Shown piece after piece: positions 45,422-54,995 of a stretch of 64,000 nt of DNA. The position numbers were made by a program, and so were the translations under genes. The DNA comes from a virus. Position 1 is the first letter of the stretch; every line of letters begins with the position of its first letter. The notes beneath the pieces are model-generated. The model was not told the DNA's origin. It worked only from the letters and a program-made list of their open reading frames with translations, and searched no databases. The DNA lies in the IMG/VR virus record IMGVR_UViG_2695420886_000004. One strand, 5' to 3'.

Positions 45422-46354
45422 ATGCAGACCAGCGACAAGGGGATCGAGGCACTCGCGCTCGAAGAGGGGGATGTCCTTCGGGCGTATCGGTGCCCCGCGG
45501 GCCGGTGGACCATCGGCATGGGGCTGACCGCAGCCTCGGGCGTGATCAAGCCGCGGCCGGGCATGGTGATCACCGCCCAGCAGTCGCGTGATCTGACCCG
45601 CAAGGCGCTCGCCGCCAAGTACGAGCCCCGTGTCGCTCTGGTGATGACTGGGGCCAAGCAGCACGAATTTGACGCCGGGGTGCTCTTCGACTGGAACACC
45701 GGCGCGATCCAGAAGGCCTCTTGGGTGCCGCTCTGGGCGCGCAAGGCCGCGCGGTCGGCGATCGAGACGAAGTACAGGCTCTGGAACAAGGGTGGCGGCG
45801 AGGTGTTGCCGGGCCTTGTTGCGCGGCGCGAACGCGAACTGCTCATCCTGTTCTATGCCAGTTACCCGGTCGCCAAGGAAAGCCGGTTTCGGCCCTCGGT
45901 CAGCATTGCCCGGTGGGCGCTGCCTGTCGATTTCGCGGAAAAACTGGCCGCGATGCTTGCCTTCGACAAGCTCGGTTACAAGGTCGGAACAGATCCTGGC
46001 GCGATCCCCGCTGCCGAGATCCGGCGCTTCCAGTCCGACCACGGCCTGACCGCTGACGGCCGGATCGGCCGCGCCACGCTCTCGACCCTGCAAAGGCGGA
46101 TCGATGCCGCCGCCAAGACGAAGCCCGTCGCCCTGGCTGCGGTGGGCACTGCCGGGGCGTCGTCCGGCGCGACGGTGCCCACCGGCACTTCCGAGGTGAC
46201 CGACTGGATCGCCGCCCAGCCCTGGGCGATGGGCGCTGCGGCCGGTGTCGTCGGGATCTGGGGCCTGTGGCTCGCCTGGCGCTATCGCGACGTGATCGCC
46301 GCCAAAGTCTCCGCCCGCGCCCCGCGCCTTGCCGCTTTCCTCCGGAGCATCTGA
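45422..46354 (+). CDS. endolysin: T4/GH24-type lysozyme, PG-binding domain and C-terminal hydrophobic helices
   Basis: EEG...AYRCPAGRWTIGMG, GLVARRERE; FQSDHGLTADGRIG. Confidence 0.88.
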   Translation: MQTSDKGIEALALEEGDVLRAYRCPAGRWTIGMGLTAASGVIKPRPGMVITAQQSRDLTRKALAAKYEPRVALVMTGAKQHEFDAGVLFDWNTGAIQKASWVPLWARKAARSAIETKYRLWNKGGGEVLPGLVARRERELLILFYASYPVAKESRFRPSVSIARWALPVDFAEKLAAMLAFDKLGYKVGTDPGAIPAAEIRRFQSDHGLTADGRIGRATLSTLQRRIDAAAKTKPVALAAVGTAGASSGATVPTGTSEVTDWIAAQPWAMGAAAGVVGIWGLWLAWRYRDVIAAKVSARAPRLAAFLRSI

Positions 46355-46863
46355 TGTCCGCGCTTGTCACGCTTGCCGGTTCGGCCGGTTTGAAAATTGT
46401 CGAGAAGATCATCGCGAACAAGCTCGGCGACGGTGCCGGTCAGCTGGCTGGGGATGTGCTGGGCGCGATTGCCGAACAGGTCGGCGTGCCGGTCGATCAG
46501 CTCGACCAGGCGGCCGAGGATCAGCCCGTGGTCGTCACCCGGGCGCTGATGACGGTCGAGGAGCGCAGCCCCGAGCTGATCGCGCTCTACGCAGCCGGGC
46601 TGGAACTGCAAAAAGCTCAGCTCGCGGCCGATGCGGCCGAGCCGCGCTGGATGCGCGCCTGGCGCCCGGCCGGGATGTATCTGCTGGGCCTCTTCTGGAT
46701 CTGGTCGGTGATCATCGTGCATGTCGTCAACGCCGCGGCGGGGACGGCGCTGCCGCCGGTGCCGCTGGACCAGCTGGTGCAGATTTCGGGGCTCTACATG
46801 GGGCTCTACATGGGCGGTCACACGATCAAGGACGCGATGACCAAGTGGGCGGGGGCGAAATGA
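46354..46863 (+). CDS. holin-like membrane protein
   Basis: WRPAGMY plus 2 TM helices, YMGGHT.KD. Confidence 0.62.
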   Translation: MSALVTLAGSAGLKIVEKIIANKLGDGAGQLAGDVLGAIAEQVGVPVDQLDQAAEDQPVVVTRALMTVEERSPELIALYAAGLELQKAQLAADAAEPRWMRAWRPAGMYLLGLFWIWSVIIVHVVNAAAGTALPPVPLDQLVQISGLYMGLYMGGHTIKDAMTKWAGAK

Positions 46864-47210
46864 CGGAACCCCTCGACATCGGGCCGCTGGTCGTCTGGGC
46901 CGCAGGCGCGTCGACGCTGATCTCTCTCGGCACGACCGTCTTCGCTTGGCTGACGGCTGGCTCTCGCAAGAATGACGCGCGCCTCGATAAGCTTGGCGTC
47001 CGCGTCGACGAGTTGGAGCGCGAAGTCCAGACGCATGGCGACAAGATCGATCAGCTGCCCAACCAGGAGATGATGCACCGCCTCGAACTGAGCCTCGTCC
47101 GGATGGAGGGGCACATCGACCGGATGGACGAGCGGCTGAAACCGGTCGCGGCGATCGCCGAGCGCATGCAGGAGCTGATGCTCGAACAAGCCAAAGAGGG
47201 CCGCAAATGA
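46860..47210 (+). CDS. DUF2730-like protein
   Basis: Homolog of 11186..11551. Confidence 0.72.
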   Translation: MTEPLDIGPLVVWAAGASTLISLGTTVFAWLTAGSRKNDARLDKLGVRVDELEREVQTHGDKIDQLPNQEMMHRLELSLVRMEGHIDRMDERLKPVAAIAERMQELMLEQAKEGRK

Positions 47211-47509
47211 CCGACATGCAGACCCTGATCCGGGAACAGGCCCGCCTGATCATCCTGAAAGCCCTCGTGCAGCAGGTGGACGAAACGCTGAACTCGGATC
47301 TGATGATCCCCGAGCTGAAGGCCTTTGGCATCCGCAAATCGCGCGAGTGGGTGCACGACGAACTCGCTTGGCTCAGCGAGATGGGCGCGGTCACCACCGT
47401 CGCCGTCGGCACGATCATGGTGGCGACACTGACCGACAAGGGCCATCGCCACCTTGATCGTGAAATCGCGATCGAGGGTATCCAGCGCCCGTCGCGGCCG
47501 GGGGGCTGA
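47207..47509 (+). CDS. Mu gp26-like protein
   Basis: Homolog of 11548..11847. Confidence 0.72.
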   Translation: MTDMQTLIREQARLIILKALVQQVDETLNSDLMIPELKAFGIRKSREWVHDELAWLSEMGAVTTVAVGTIMVATLTDKGHRHLDREIAIEGIQRPSRPGG

Positions 47510-47510
47510 A

Positions 47511-48122
47511 ATGGCCGAGACCAGCCGCGGCCGCGGTCGCCTGTCTTCGATCGACCTTATGCCGTCCGAGTGTGACGGGATCATCGCCTGGGCGGCGCAG
47601 GAACTGGGCAACCGCGAGCGTACCCAGACCGAGATCTACGCCCAATTCGTCGAACGGTGCGAGGCGCTGATGCGCGAGCATCGGGGCGAGCTTGAATTCA
47701 AGATCCCGGCCTTCAGCTCGTTCAACCGTTACGCCATCCGCATGGCGCGGTTGACGCGGCGGCTCGATCAGACGCGGGCGATCGTTTCGCAGCTCGCCGA
47801 CCGGTTCGACCCGGCCGACGCTGACAACCTGACCGTGATGGCGGCCGAGACGATCAAGGCGCTCGTGCTGCAGATGCTGGCCGAGGCCGACGAGGACAGC
47901 GTCGATCCGCTCGGCGTCATGCAGTTGGCCGCCGGGTTCAAGAACGCGGTTCAGGCGCAAAGCATCTCGACTGATCGGCGCCGCAAGGCCGAGGCCGACA
48001 TGGCGAAAAAGGTCGATCAGGCCGTGACCGCTGTTGCGAAGGCCAAAGGCATGACCGCCGAAACGGCCGAGGCGATCAAAGCGCAAATTCTGGGGGTTCA
48101 AGCCCCGCAAAACGGAGGTTGA
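47511..48122 (+). CDS. DUF3486/gp27 small terminase-like protein
   Basis: RGRLSSIDLMP...SSFNRY. Confidence 0.82.
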   Translation: MAETSRGRGRLSSIDLMPSECDGIIAWAAQELGNRERTQTEIYAQFVERCEALMREHRGELEFKIPAFSSFNRYAIRMARLTRRLDQTRAIVSQLADRFDPADADNLTVMAAETIKALVLQMLAEADEDSVDPLGVMQLAAGFKNAVQAQSISTDRRRKAEADMAKKVDQAVTAVAKAKGMTAETAEAIKAQILGVQAPQNGG

Positions 48123-48124
48123 TC

Positions 48125-48409
48125 ATGCCGCGTTCTGCCACTGTGCCCGTGCCCGCCCGCACGTTTGTTGCTCTGACCACCGCCGATGTCACCCGGGCGC
48201 GGGTGCAAAACCCCACGAATATACCGGTGCGCCTGATCGGGACCACGACGGACACCGCACCCACGGGTCTCGACGGTGCGCTGTGGCTCTTCGCCCGGCA
48301 AACCTTCGCGGCTGATATCCTCTTCGATCAGATTTGGCCTGATGCGGGCATCAAGCGGCTCTGGGCCTGGTCGGAGGGAGCGACAGCTCTCGAAGTCGCT
48401 CATGGGTGA
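48125..48409 (+). CDS. candidate alternative spike-base protein
   Basis: 94-aa beta-rich ORF overlapping the spike fibre start; no visible similarity to 32328..32591. Confidence 0.6.
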   Translation: MPRSATVPVPARTFVALTTADVTRARVQNPTNIPVRLIGTTTDTAPTGLDGALWLFARQTFAADILFDQIWPDAGIKRLWAWSEGATALEVAHG

Positions 48410-49397
48410 CTGGTTTGGCAACGACTTTCGGCTTCCAGGGCCGGGGCGATCACGGTCATTTGCGGGCAGCAAACACACGGTAGCAGGGGTGCCGCCCGTA
48501 GCTCTGCTCGACTTCGAGCAGGGCATCTATACCACGCCGCTGGTCCTCACCCGGGCCTCGACAGCGACGTATTTTGACGCCTCCGGTGCGTTGCAAATTG
48601 CAGCCGCAGATGCCGCAAGGTACGATTACAGCGCCGGGCGGAGGGCGCTGCTGATCGAGGCGGCCGCGACCAACCTGCTGCCGAACAGTGCGCAGTTCGA
48701 TGCCGCGTCCTGGGGGAAAACCCGGGCCAGCGTTCTGGCAAATGCCGCGCTGGCCCCGGATGGCACCATGACGGCCGACAAGCTTGTCGAAGATACCAGC
48801 AACAACAGCCATTTCGTCGCCCGCACCGGAACGCAGATCGCGGTGGGGACCTCCGTGACCGCCTCGATCTTCGTCAAGGCGGCCGAGCGTCGGTGGTTTG
48901 CCCTTGTGACCGCGGACAGCGCGAATGCCTTCCGCACCACCTATTTCGACCTGCAGACGGGGACGCTCGGGGTGGTGTCGCAGGGCGCGGCGGGGCATGT
49001 GGCGCAGATCGCGGCGGCGGGGAATGGCTGGTATCGCTGCAGCGTGACGCAGACGCAGGCGGCGGCGAGCGGCAATTTCAACGTCTATCCGAGCGTTGTC
49101 AGTGCGAATGGCGCGACCTCTTATCTGGGGGATGGCGCCTCCGGGCTTTACCTGTGGGGCGCGCAGCTGGAGGTCGGCGCCGCCGTCAGTTCGGTCATTC
49201 CGACCGAGGCCGCGGCGGTGACCCGGGCGGCGGATCTGGCCAGCGTGGCGGTGGCGGCGGGAAGCTATGATCTCCGCCGGGTCGATGCCGCGGGAACAGT
49301 GGATGCCAAGGGCATCGTGCATGGCGGGGGGGCCGTCAGCATCGGCGCCGGATCGCTTTATTCGCTGGCCTATTACCCGGTTGGGACGCTGCCATGA
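48402..49397 (+). CDS. ghsB: GTA head-spike fibre-like protein (GhsB-like)
   Basis: 331 aa; near-identical core to 32591..33568, different N-terminal ~25 aa. Confidence 0.82.
   Translation: MGDWFGNDFRLPGPGRSRSFAGSKHTVAGVPPVALLDFEQGIYTTPLVLTRASTATYFDASGALQIAAADAARYDYSAGRRALLIEAAATNLLPNSAQFDAASWGKTRASVLANAALAPDGTMTADKLVEDTSNNSHFVARTGTQIAVGTSVTASIFVKAAERRWFALVTADSANAFRTTYFDLQTGTLGVVSQGAAGHVAQIAAAGNGWYRCSVTQTQAAASGNFNVYPSVVSANGATSYLGDGASGLYLWGAQLEVGAAVSSVIPTEAAAVTRAADLASVAVAAGSYDLRRVDAAGTVDAKGIVHGGGAVSIGAGSLYSLAYYPVGTLP
48664..49279 (+). repeat. shared spike-domain segment, copy 2
   Basis: ~96% identical to 32841..33453 by manual count. Confidence 0.95.
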
Positions 49398-49433
49398 CGC
49401 TGATTTATCTGACGTTTATCACCGAGGTCTGAA

Positions 49434-49682
49434 ATGTCGAACGATGCCTACACCGTGGCCGCGGACGAACTGCGCCAGTTCATCGAGCAATACGAGCATC
49501 TCGAAGCCGAAAAGAAGGACATCACCGAGCAGCAAAAGGACATCATGTCCGAAGCCAAGGCGCGCGGTTACGACACCAAGGTGATCAAGAAGATCATCGC
49601 CATGCGCAAGCGGGACAAGAACGATCTGGCCGAGGAAGACGCGATTCTGGACGTCTACAAGGCTGCACTCGGCATGCCCTGA
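49434..49682 (+). CDS. gapR: DUF2312/GapR-like nucleoid-associated protein
   Basis: VAADELRQFIE..E.LE.EKK......K....EAKARGYDTK....II..RK.D...E..AIL..YK.ALGM. Confidence 0.88.
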   Translation: MSNDAYTVAADELRQFIEQYEHLEAEKKDITEQQKDIMSEAKARGYDTKVIKKIIAMRKRDKNDLAEEDAILDVYKAALGMP

Positions 49683-49812
49683 AACCAAGGCCGACGCGGG
49701 TGATCGCATCGGCCAGCGGGCAAACTTGCAGGACCCATCACCAGTCTTCATTCGCGCCGCCTGAGCCTTCTACCACAGACCGCGCTCGAAGCCAACTTCT
49801 AGGGAAAGACCA

Positions 49813-51507
49813 ATGACCGCGCCGATCAGCCAGACCGAATGGGAACGCCAGCGCCGCGACGCCACCGAGGCGCTGCCGCAGGTGATCGACGCCGTCGGCC
49901 TGCCCAAGGTGCTGCTGCCGTATCAGGCGAAGGCGGTGGGCCTCCTCGACTCGGTCTCGCGCAACATTCTCTTCGTCGAGAAGTCCCGCCGGGTGGGCCT
50001 CACCTGGGGGCTGGCCGCCTATGCCGTTCTGCGCGCCGGGCGCGAGCGGGCTGCCAAGGGCATGGACGTGATGTACATCTCCTACAGCCAGGAGATGACC
50101 CGCGAATTCATCGACGCCTGCGCGATGTGGGCCAAGGCCTTCTCGATCGCCGCGATGGACTCGGACGAGCTGCTTTTCGAGGACGCCAACCCGGCCGACC
50201 CGACCGACACCAAGCACATCCAGGCGTTCCGGATCCGCTTCGCCTCGGGCTTCGAGATCCTCGCGCTCAGCTCGGCCCCGCGCGGGCTGCGCGGCAAGCA
50301 GGGCGCGGTGATCATCGACGAGGCGGCCTTCGTCGACAGCCTGCCCGAGCTGCTGAAATCCGCGCTGGCCTTCCTGATGTGGGGCGGTCAAGTCGTCGTC
50401 TGCTCCACCCACAACGGCACCGACAACCCGTTCAACCAGACCATTCAGGACATTCTGGCCGGGCGCTCGCGCTATCAGCATCTGCGGATCGATTTCGACG
50501 ATGCGCTGCGCGACGGGCTTTACCAGCGCATCTGCCTGGTGACGGGCGAGACCTGGACGCCCGAGGCCGAGGCCGAGTGGCGGCAGAACATCATCGACTC
50601 TTACGGTGACGGCGCCGACGAGGAACTCTTCTGCATCCCGACGCAGGGCACGGGGGCATGGCTGCCCGCGCCGCTGATCGAGGCGCGCATGACGGCCGAG
50701 GCGCCGGTGCTGCGCCTCGAACTGCCCGCGACCTACATGCAGATGAACCACCTGGAGCAGGCGATCCTGCTGACCCCGTTCATGAAGCAGCTGGCCGATG
50801 CGGTGGTGGCGCTAGATCTGCGCCCGCATTACGCGATGGGCTTCGACTTTGGGCGCGTTGCCGACCTTTCAACCCTGTCTTTGCTCGCCATTGAACAACG
50901 CTTGAAACGGCGTGAAGCGCTCTCGATCGAGATGCGCAACGTGCCCGGCAAGGAACAGAAGCTGATCGTCGGCGCGGTGCTGGAGCATGTGAAGGGGCGT
51001 CTGGTCGGTGCAGCCTTCGACGCCACCGGCATGGGCTGGACGGTGGCCGAGGACATGGGCCGGAAATATGGCCTCAAGGAAGCCGAGGACAGCCCCGGCC
51101 TCGTCTGGGCGATCAAGTTCACCGAGGAATGGTATAGGCTGCAGATGCCGCCGCTGAAGGGCGCGTTCGAGGACGATCAGATCCAGTTGATCCCCGATCC
51201 CGAGCACCTTGCGGATCTGCGCATGGTCAAGCTGATCCGGGGCATCCCCCGGGTGCCTCCGGTGCGCGAGGGCGAGACCGGGAAGAAGCGGCACGGCGAC
51301 TATGCCATCGCGCTGGCCTTGGCGCATTTCGCGTCGCGGATGCGCTGGGTCGAATACGGCTACCAGCCGGTGGCGCACCGCCACGAGATCCAGCCCGGCC
51401 AGATGCACATGACCGCCGACGCGGCGGATTGGGAGGAGCTGGCCCTCGGCGCCGAGCGCGGTTGGTGGGATGGGCCGCTCGGGGCCAGCTTCAGGGGGAG
51501 CGTGTGA
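49813..51507 (+). CDS. terminase large subunit (Mu gp28-like)
   Basis: LLPYQ, EKSRRVGLTW, VIIDEAAF, STHNG, GFDFGR, RHGDYAIA. Confidence 0.93.
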   Translation: MTAPISQTEWERQRRDATEALPQVIDAVGLPKVLLPYQAKAVGLLDSVSRNILFVEKSRRVGLTWGLAAYAVLRAGRERAAKGMDVMYISYSQEMTREFIDACAMWAKAFSIAAMDSDELLFEDANPADPTDTKHIQAFRIRFASGFEILALSSAPRGLRGKQGAVIIDEAAFVDSLPELLKSALAFLMWGGQVVVCSTHNGTDNPFNQTIQDILAGRSRYQHLRIDFDDALRDGLYQRICLVTGETWTPEAEAEWRQNIIDSYGDGADEELFCIPTQGTGAWLPAPLIEARMTAEAPVLRLELPATYMQMNHLEQAILLTPFMKQLADAVVALDLRPHYAMGFDFGRVADLSTLSLLAIEQRLKRREALSIEMRNVPGKEQKLIVGAVLEHVKGRLVGAAFDATGMGWTVAEDMGRKYGLKEAEDSPGLVWAIKFTEEWYRLQMPPLKGAFEDDQIQLIPDPEHLADLRMVKLIRGIPRVPPVREGETGKKRHGDYAIALALAHFASRMRWVEYGYQPVAHRHEIQPGQMHMTADAADWEELALGAERGWWDGPLGASFRGSV

Positions 51508-51770
51508 TGGGCGCATTGGGTTCGAAGCTGAGATCGCCTGCGGAAATCATCGGGCTGGATGCCATGACGCAGTTGACCTTTGAAGGCTATGTTGTCCTGC
51601 CGCTCGATACCGTCTTAGGGCTGCGCGAATGCGTTGAGGCATCCATTGAGGGGCCGAAGCGTGATCGCAAGATCCTCATGCGCAGCATCGGTGACCTAGT
51701 GCCGCTGCCTACGTTCATTCTCAAGGGGCAGGTGCTGCGGGCAATCCGGCTTCTGCGCGAAATCCAGTGA
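51507..51770 (+). CDS. hypothetical protein
   Basis: TGATG-coupled to terminase. Confidence 0.5.
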   Translation: MGALGSKLRSPAEIIGLDAMTQLTFEGYVVLPLDTVLGLRECVEASIEGPKRDRKILMRSIGDLVPLPTFILKGQVLRAIRLLREIQ

Positions 51771-51782
51771 AGGAGGGCGGCT

Positions 51783-52004
51783 ATGGTCGATGAATTGCCC
51801 ATCGTTCCCATCAGCGCAGTCGAGGTGGCGGCGTTGCGCTGCACCTGCGGCTGCTGCGACCATGCTTTCCTCGTCGAATATGAGGCGCTGGATCAGAACG
51901 CGGGCTCGGTCGACCCGGAGCATGATTTCCAAGAGTGTCCCGAATGCGGAACGCTTTTTGATGCACAAGCGGCGCGATTCAGCGCGCTGCTGGAGTCCAG
52001 ATAG
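51783..52004 (+). CDS. small Zn-binding protein
   Basis: CTCGCCDH...CPECG; SD AAGGAGG. Confidence 0.62.
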   Translation: MVDELPIVPISAVEVAALRCTCGCCDHAFLVEYEALDQNAGSVDPEHDFQECPECGTLFDAQAARFSALLESR

Positions 52005-52013
52005 GAGCCCGCA

Positions 52014-53654
52014 ATGGCCGCAAAGCTGATCCTGACCGACCGCTGGGGCAACCCTGTCGAACGCCAAAACCTGTCGCAGGAGGTGGCGGCCCCGACCTTG
52101 GGCGGGGTGCGATCGCCGCTCTCGGGCTATCCGGGCGACGGGCTCAACCCGGTGCGGCTGGCCAATATCCTGCGCGCGGCCGACCAGGGAGACCCGGTCG
52201 ACTATCTGGAGCTCGCCGAAACGATCGAGGAGCGCGACCCGCACTTCCTGGGCGTCATCGGCACCCGCAAGCGGGCCGTCAGCCAGCTTGATGTCACGGT
52301 CGAACCCGCCTCGGATGCTGCGATCGACATGCAGATCGCCGACATGGTCCGCGACTGGCTCAAGCGTGAAGAGCTGCAGCAGGAGGTGTTCCACATCCTC
52401 GACTGTATCTCGAAGGGCTATTCGGCGACGGAAATCGTCTGGGACACCTCCGAGAGCCAATACATGCCGGGCAAGCTGATCTGGCGCGACCCGCGGCACT
52501 TCCGCTTCGAGCGCCGGGATCTGAGCACGCCGCGCCTTCTGGAAGAGGGCGGTCAGGAAGTGCCGCTGCCCGCGTTTCGTTTCATCTTCGCCGACATCCC
52601 CGCGAAGTCTGGCTTGCCGCTGCGCTCGGGCCTCTCCCGGGTGGCGGCCTGGGGCTGGATGTTCAAAGCCTTCACGGCGCGCGACTGGGCGATCTTCACC
52701 CAGACCTATGGCCAGCCGCTGCGGGTCGGCAAATGGGCCCCCGGGGCATCGGACGCCGACAAGGCGACCCTGTTCCGCGCGGTGGCGAACATCGCCGGCG
52801 ACTGCGCCGCGATCATCCCCGACACGATGTCGATCGACTTCGTCGAAACGAAATCCGTCGGCGCCTCGATCGACCTTTACGAAAAGCGCATCGCCCACCT
52901 CGATCAGCAGATCTCGAAGGCGGTATTGGGCCAGACCGCGACCACCGACGCCATTGCGGGCGGACATGCGGTCGGCCAGGAGCACCGGCTTGTCCAGGAG
53001 GACATCGAGACCGCCGACGCGATGGCTCTGGCGGCGATCCTCAACCGCGACCTGATCCGGCCGTGGATCCAGCTCGAATATGGGCCGCAGAAACGTTACC
53101 CTCGCCTCAAGATCGCCCGCCCGAAAGCCGAGGATCTGAAGCTGATCGCCGAGTCGCTCGATGTGCTCGTGCGCAACGGCGTCGAGATCGAGGAGGCCGA
53201 GGCCCGGGCGCGGTTCGGATGGGCGCAACCGAAGCCCGGCGCGCGCATCCTCCGGCCGGTTTCCAGTGGCAACCAGACGTTAACCACCGACCCGACCGAC
53301 CCCACGGGGCGTAAAGGGGCCATTGAAGCGATCTCCGGGAAAATTAAAGGGGGTGCGGGGCGGTCTGGAGGTGACGTGGCCCTGCAACAAGAAGGGGCCT
53401 CCACGGGCGAAATTTCGGGGGGTGACCAGATCGGCGCGCTGGCTGAGCGTCTGGGGGTCGAAGCGCAGCCCGTCGTCGTGGCGATGATCGAGCGGATCGA
53501 GGCCATGCTGACCGCCGCCAGCACGATCGAGGAATTCCGGGCGATGCTCGAAGAAGGCTTCGGCGAGGCCGAGACGCAGCGCCTGGCAAACCGTCTCGCG
53601 GCCGCGATGCTGGCGGCCGAGTTCGCCGGGCGCGAGGACGCGCTCGATGGCTGA
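52014..53654 (+). CDS. portal protein (DUF935/gp29)
   Basis: Homolog of 14176..15804. Confidence 0.93.
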   Translation: MAAKLILTDRWGNPVERQNLSQEVAAPTLGGVRSPLSGYPGDGLNPVRLANILRAADQGDPVDYLELAETIEERDPHFLGVIGTRKRAVSQLDVTVEPASDAAIDMQIADMVRDWLKREELQQEVFHILDCISKGYSATEIVWDTSESQYMPGKLIWRDPRHFRFERRDLSTPRLLEEGGQEVPLPAFRFIFADIPAKSGLPLRSGLSRVAAWGWMFKAFTARDWAIFTQTYGQPLRVGKWAPGASDADKATLFRAVANIAGDCAAIIPDTMSIDFVETKSVGASIDLYEKRIAHLDQQISKAVLGQTATTDAIAGGHAVGQEHRLVQEDIETADAMALAAILNRDLIRPWIQLEYGPQKRYPRLKIARPKAEDLKLIAESLDVLVRNGVEIEEAEARARFGWAQPKPGARILRPVSSGNQTLTTDPTDPTGRKGAIEAISGKIKGGAGRSGGDVALQQEGASTGEISGGDQIGALAERLGVEAQPVVVAMIERIEAMLTAASTIEEFRAMLEEGFGEAETQRLANRLAAAMLAAEFAGREDALDG

Positions 53655-54936
53655 CGATCCGCTCGCGCTCCTGTTGCGCCGCCCCTTCGACGAACAGGTG
53701 GCGGCATTCCGGCTGCGCCTGCGCAATCTGGTGGGCACGACGCGATGGGACGACATTTCGGGCCCGATGCATGACCGGGCGGGCATGGTGGCAGGCGCGA
53801 TCAAGCAGGATCTGATCGCCGACATCCTGGGTGCCGTCGATCGCTCGCTGACCGAGGGCACCGGGCTGGAGGTGTTCCGGCGCGATTTCCGGGCGATCGT
53901 CGAGAAACACGGCTGGCACGGCTGGACCGGCGAAGGCACCGCGAAGGGCGAGGCCTGGCGCACCAAGGTGATCTGGAAGACGAACATCTCGACCTCCTAC
54001 GCTGCGGGCCGCTGGGCGCAGCTGAATGCCAAGGGCTTCAAGTTCCTCGTCTATCGGCACAGCCATGCCGAGCATCCCCGCCTGCAGCATCTTGCCTGGG
54101 ACGGCCTGATCCTGCCGATCGACCATCCCTTCTGGCAAAGCCACTTCCCGCCGAACGGCTGGGGCTGCGGCTGTTCCGTGCGCGGCGCGATGTCCATGGC
54201 GATGGCGATACGGCTGGGCGGCGATCCGGCGAAGACACTGCCGACGGACTGGGCGATGCCGGATCCGCGTACCGGCGCCCCAAAGGGCATAGACCGCGGC
54301 TGGGATCACGCCCCTGGCGCCACCGTCGCCAACACCATCACGGCGCTGGCCGAAAAGGCCGGGAAATGGCCGACCAGCCTAGCGACGAACTTCATGCACG
54401 AGGTTCCGGCCGCGACCCGCGATGCCATCGCCACCGGCTATCGCGATGCGCCGTCCACCGCCGACACCATCCGACGCTGGGTCGAGCGTGTTCAGGGCGA
54501 GCGCGGCGGGGCGCCGATCTCGCCCGATGTCTTGGTCGAGCCGCGGCGCACGCTTGGGCTGGTTACGACCCTCGACACCACGCGCATCGAGGGGGCTCTG
54601 GGGCAACCGCTCAAGCCCGCGCTCTATGACTATATAGTAGAGGAGGGCGCCGTTCGGCATGCGATCGCCGAGCACGGCACGCCCGAGCTGGAGCGGACCC
54701 GGGGGCAGCGCGCCGTGACGGCCTATGATTTCGGCCGCCTCGGCGCTCTCTTGAACGCTCCCGACAGCCTTGAATCAGCCGACCAGAAACCCGGGCGCGG
54801 GCCGCGGATCCTGCTGACGAAGCGCTTCGGCGAAGAAACCCTCGTCGCGGTCTTCGAGCTGCTGGCCGGACGCCGCAGGCTTTCTCTCGTCACGATGTGG
54901 GTGAAGACTGGCGCGTCCCCGACCTTTACGCCCTGA
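53647..54936 (+). CDS. long MuF protein with C-terminal PBECR-like RNase domain
   Basis: MuF core (FPPNGWGCGC) plus VRHAIAEHG...GQ.AVT..DF..L..LLN.PD...LSLVTMW. Confidence 0.85.
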   Translation: MADDPLALLLRRPFDEQVAAFRLRLRNLVGTTRWDDISGPMHDRAGMVAGAIKQDLIADILGAVDRSLTEGTGLEVFRRDFRAIVEKHGWHGWTGEGTAKGEAWRTKVIWKTNISTSYAAGRWAQLNAKGFKFLVYRHSHAEHPRLQHLAWDGLILPIDHPFWQSHFPPNGWGCGCSVRGAMSMAMAIRLGGDPAKTLPTDWAMPDPRTGAPKGIDRGWDHAPGATVANTITALAEKAGKWPTSLATNFMHEVPAATRDAIATGYRDAPSTADTIRRWVERVQGERGGAPISPDVLVEPRRTLGLVTTLDTTRIEGALGQPLKPALYDYIVEEGAVRHAIAEHGTPELERTRGQRAVTAYDFGRLGALLNAPDSLESADQKPGRGPRILLTKRFGEETLVAVFELLAGRRRLSLVTMWVKTGASPTFTP

Positions 54937-54995
54937 GCGCACCCACGGCCAATCCGCAGCGGTCGATGTCCCGCGCCAGCCCAAGGAGTATAGCA

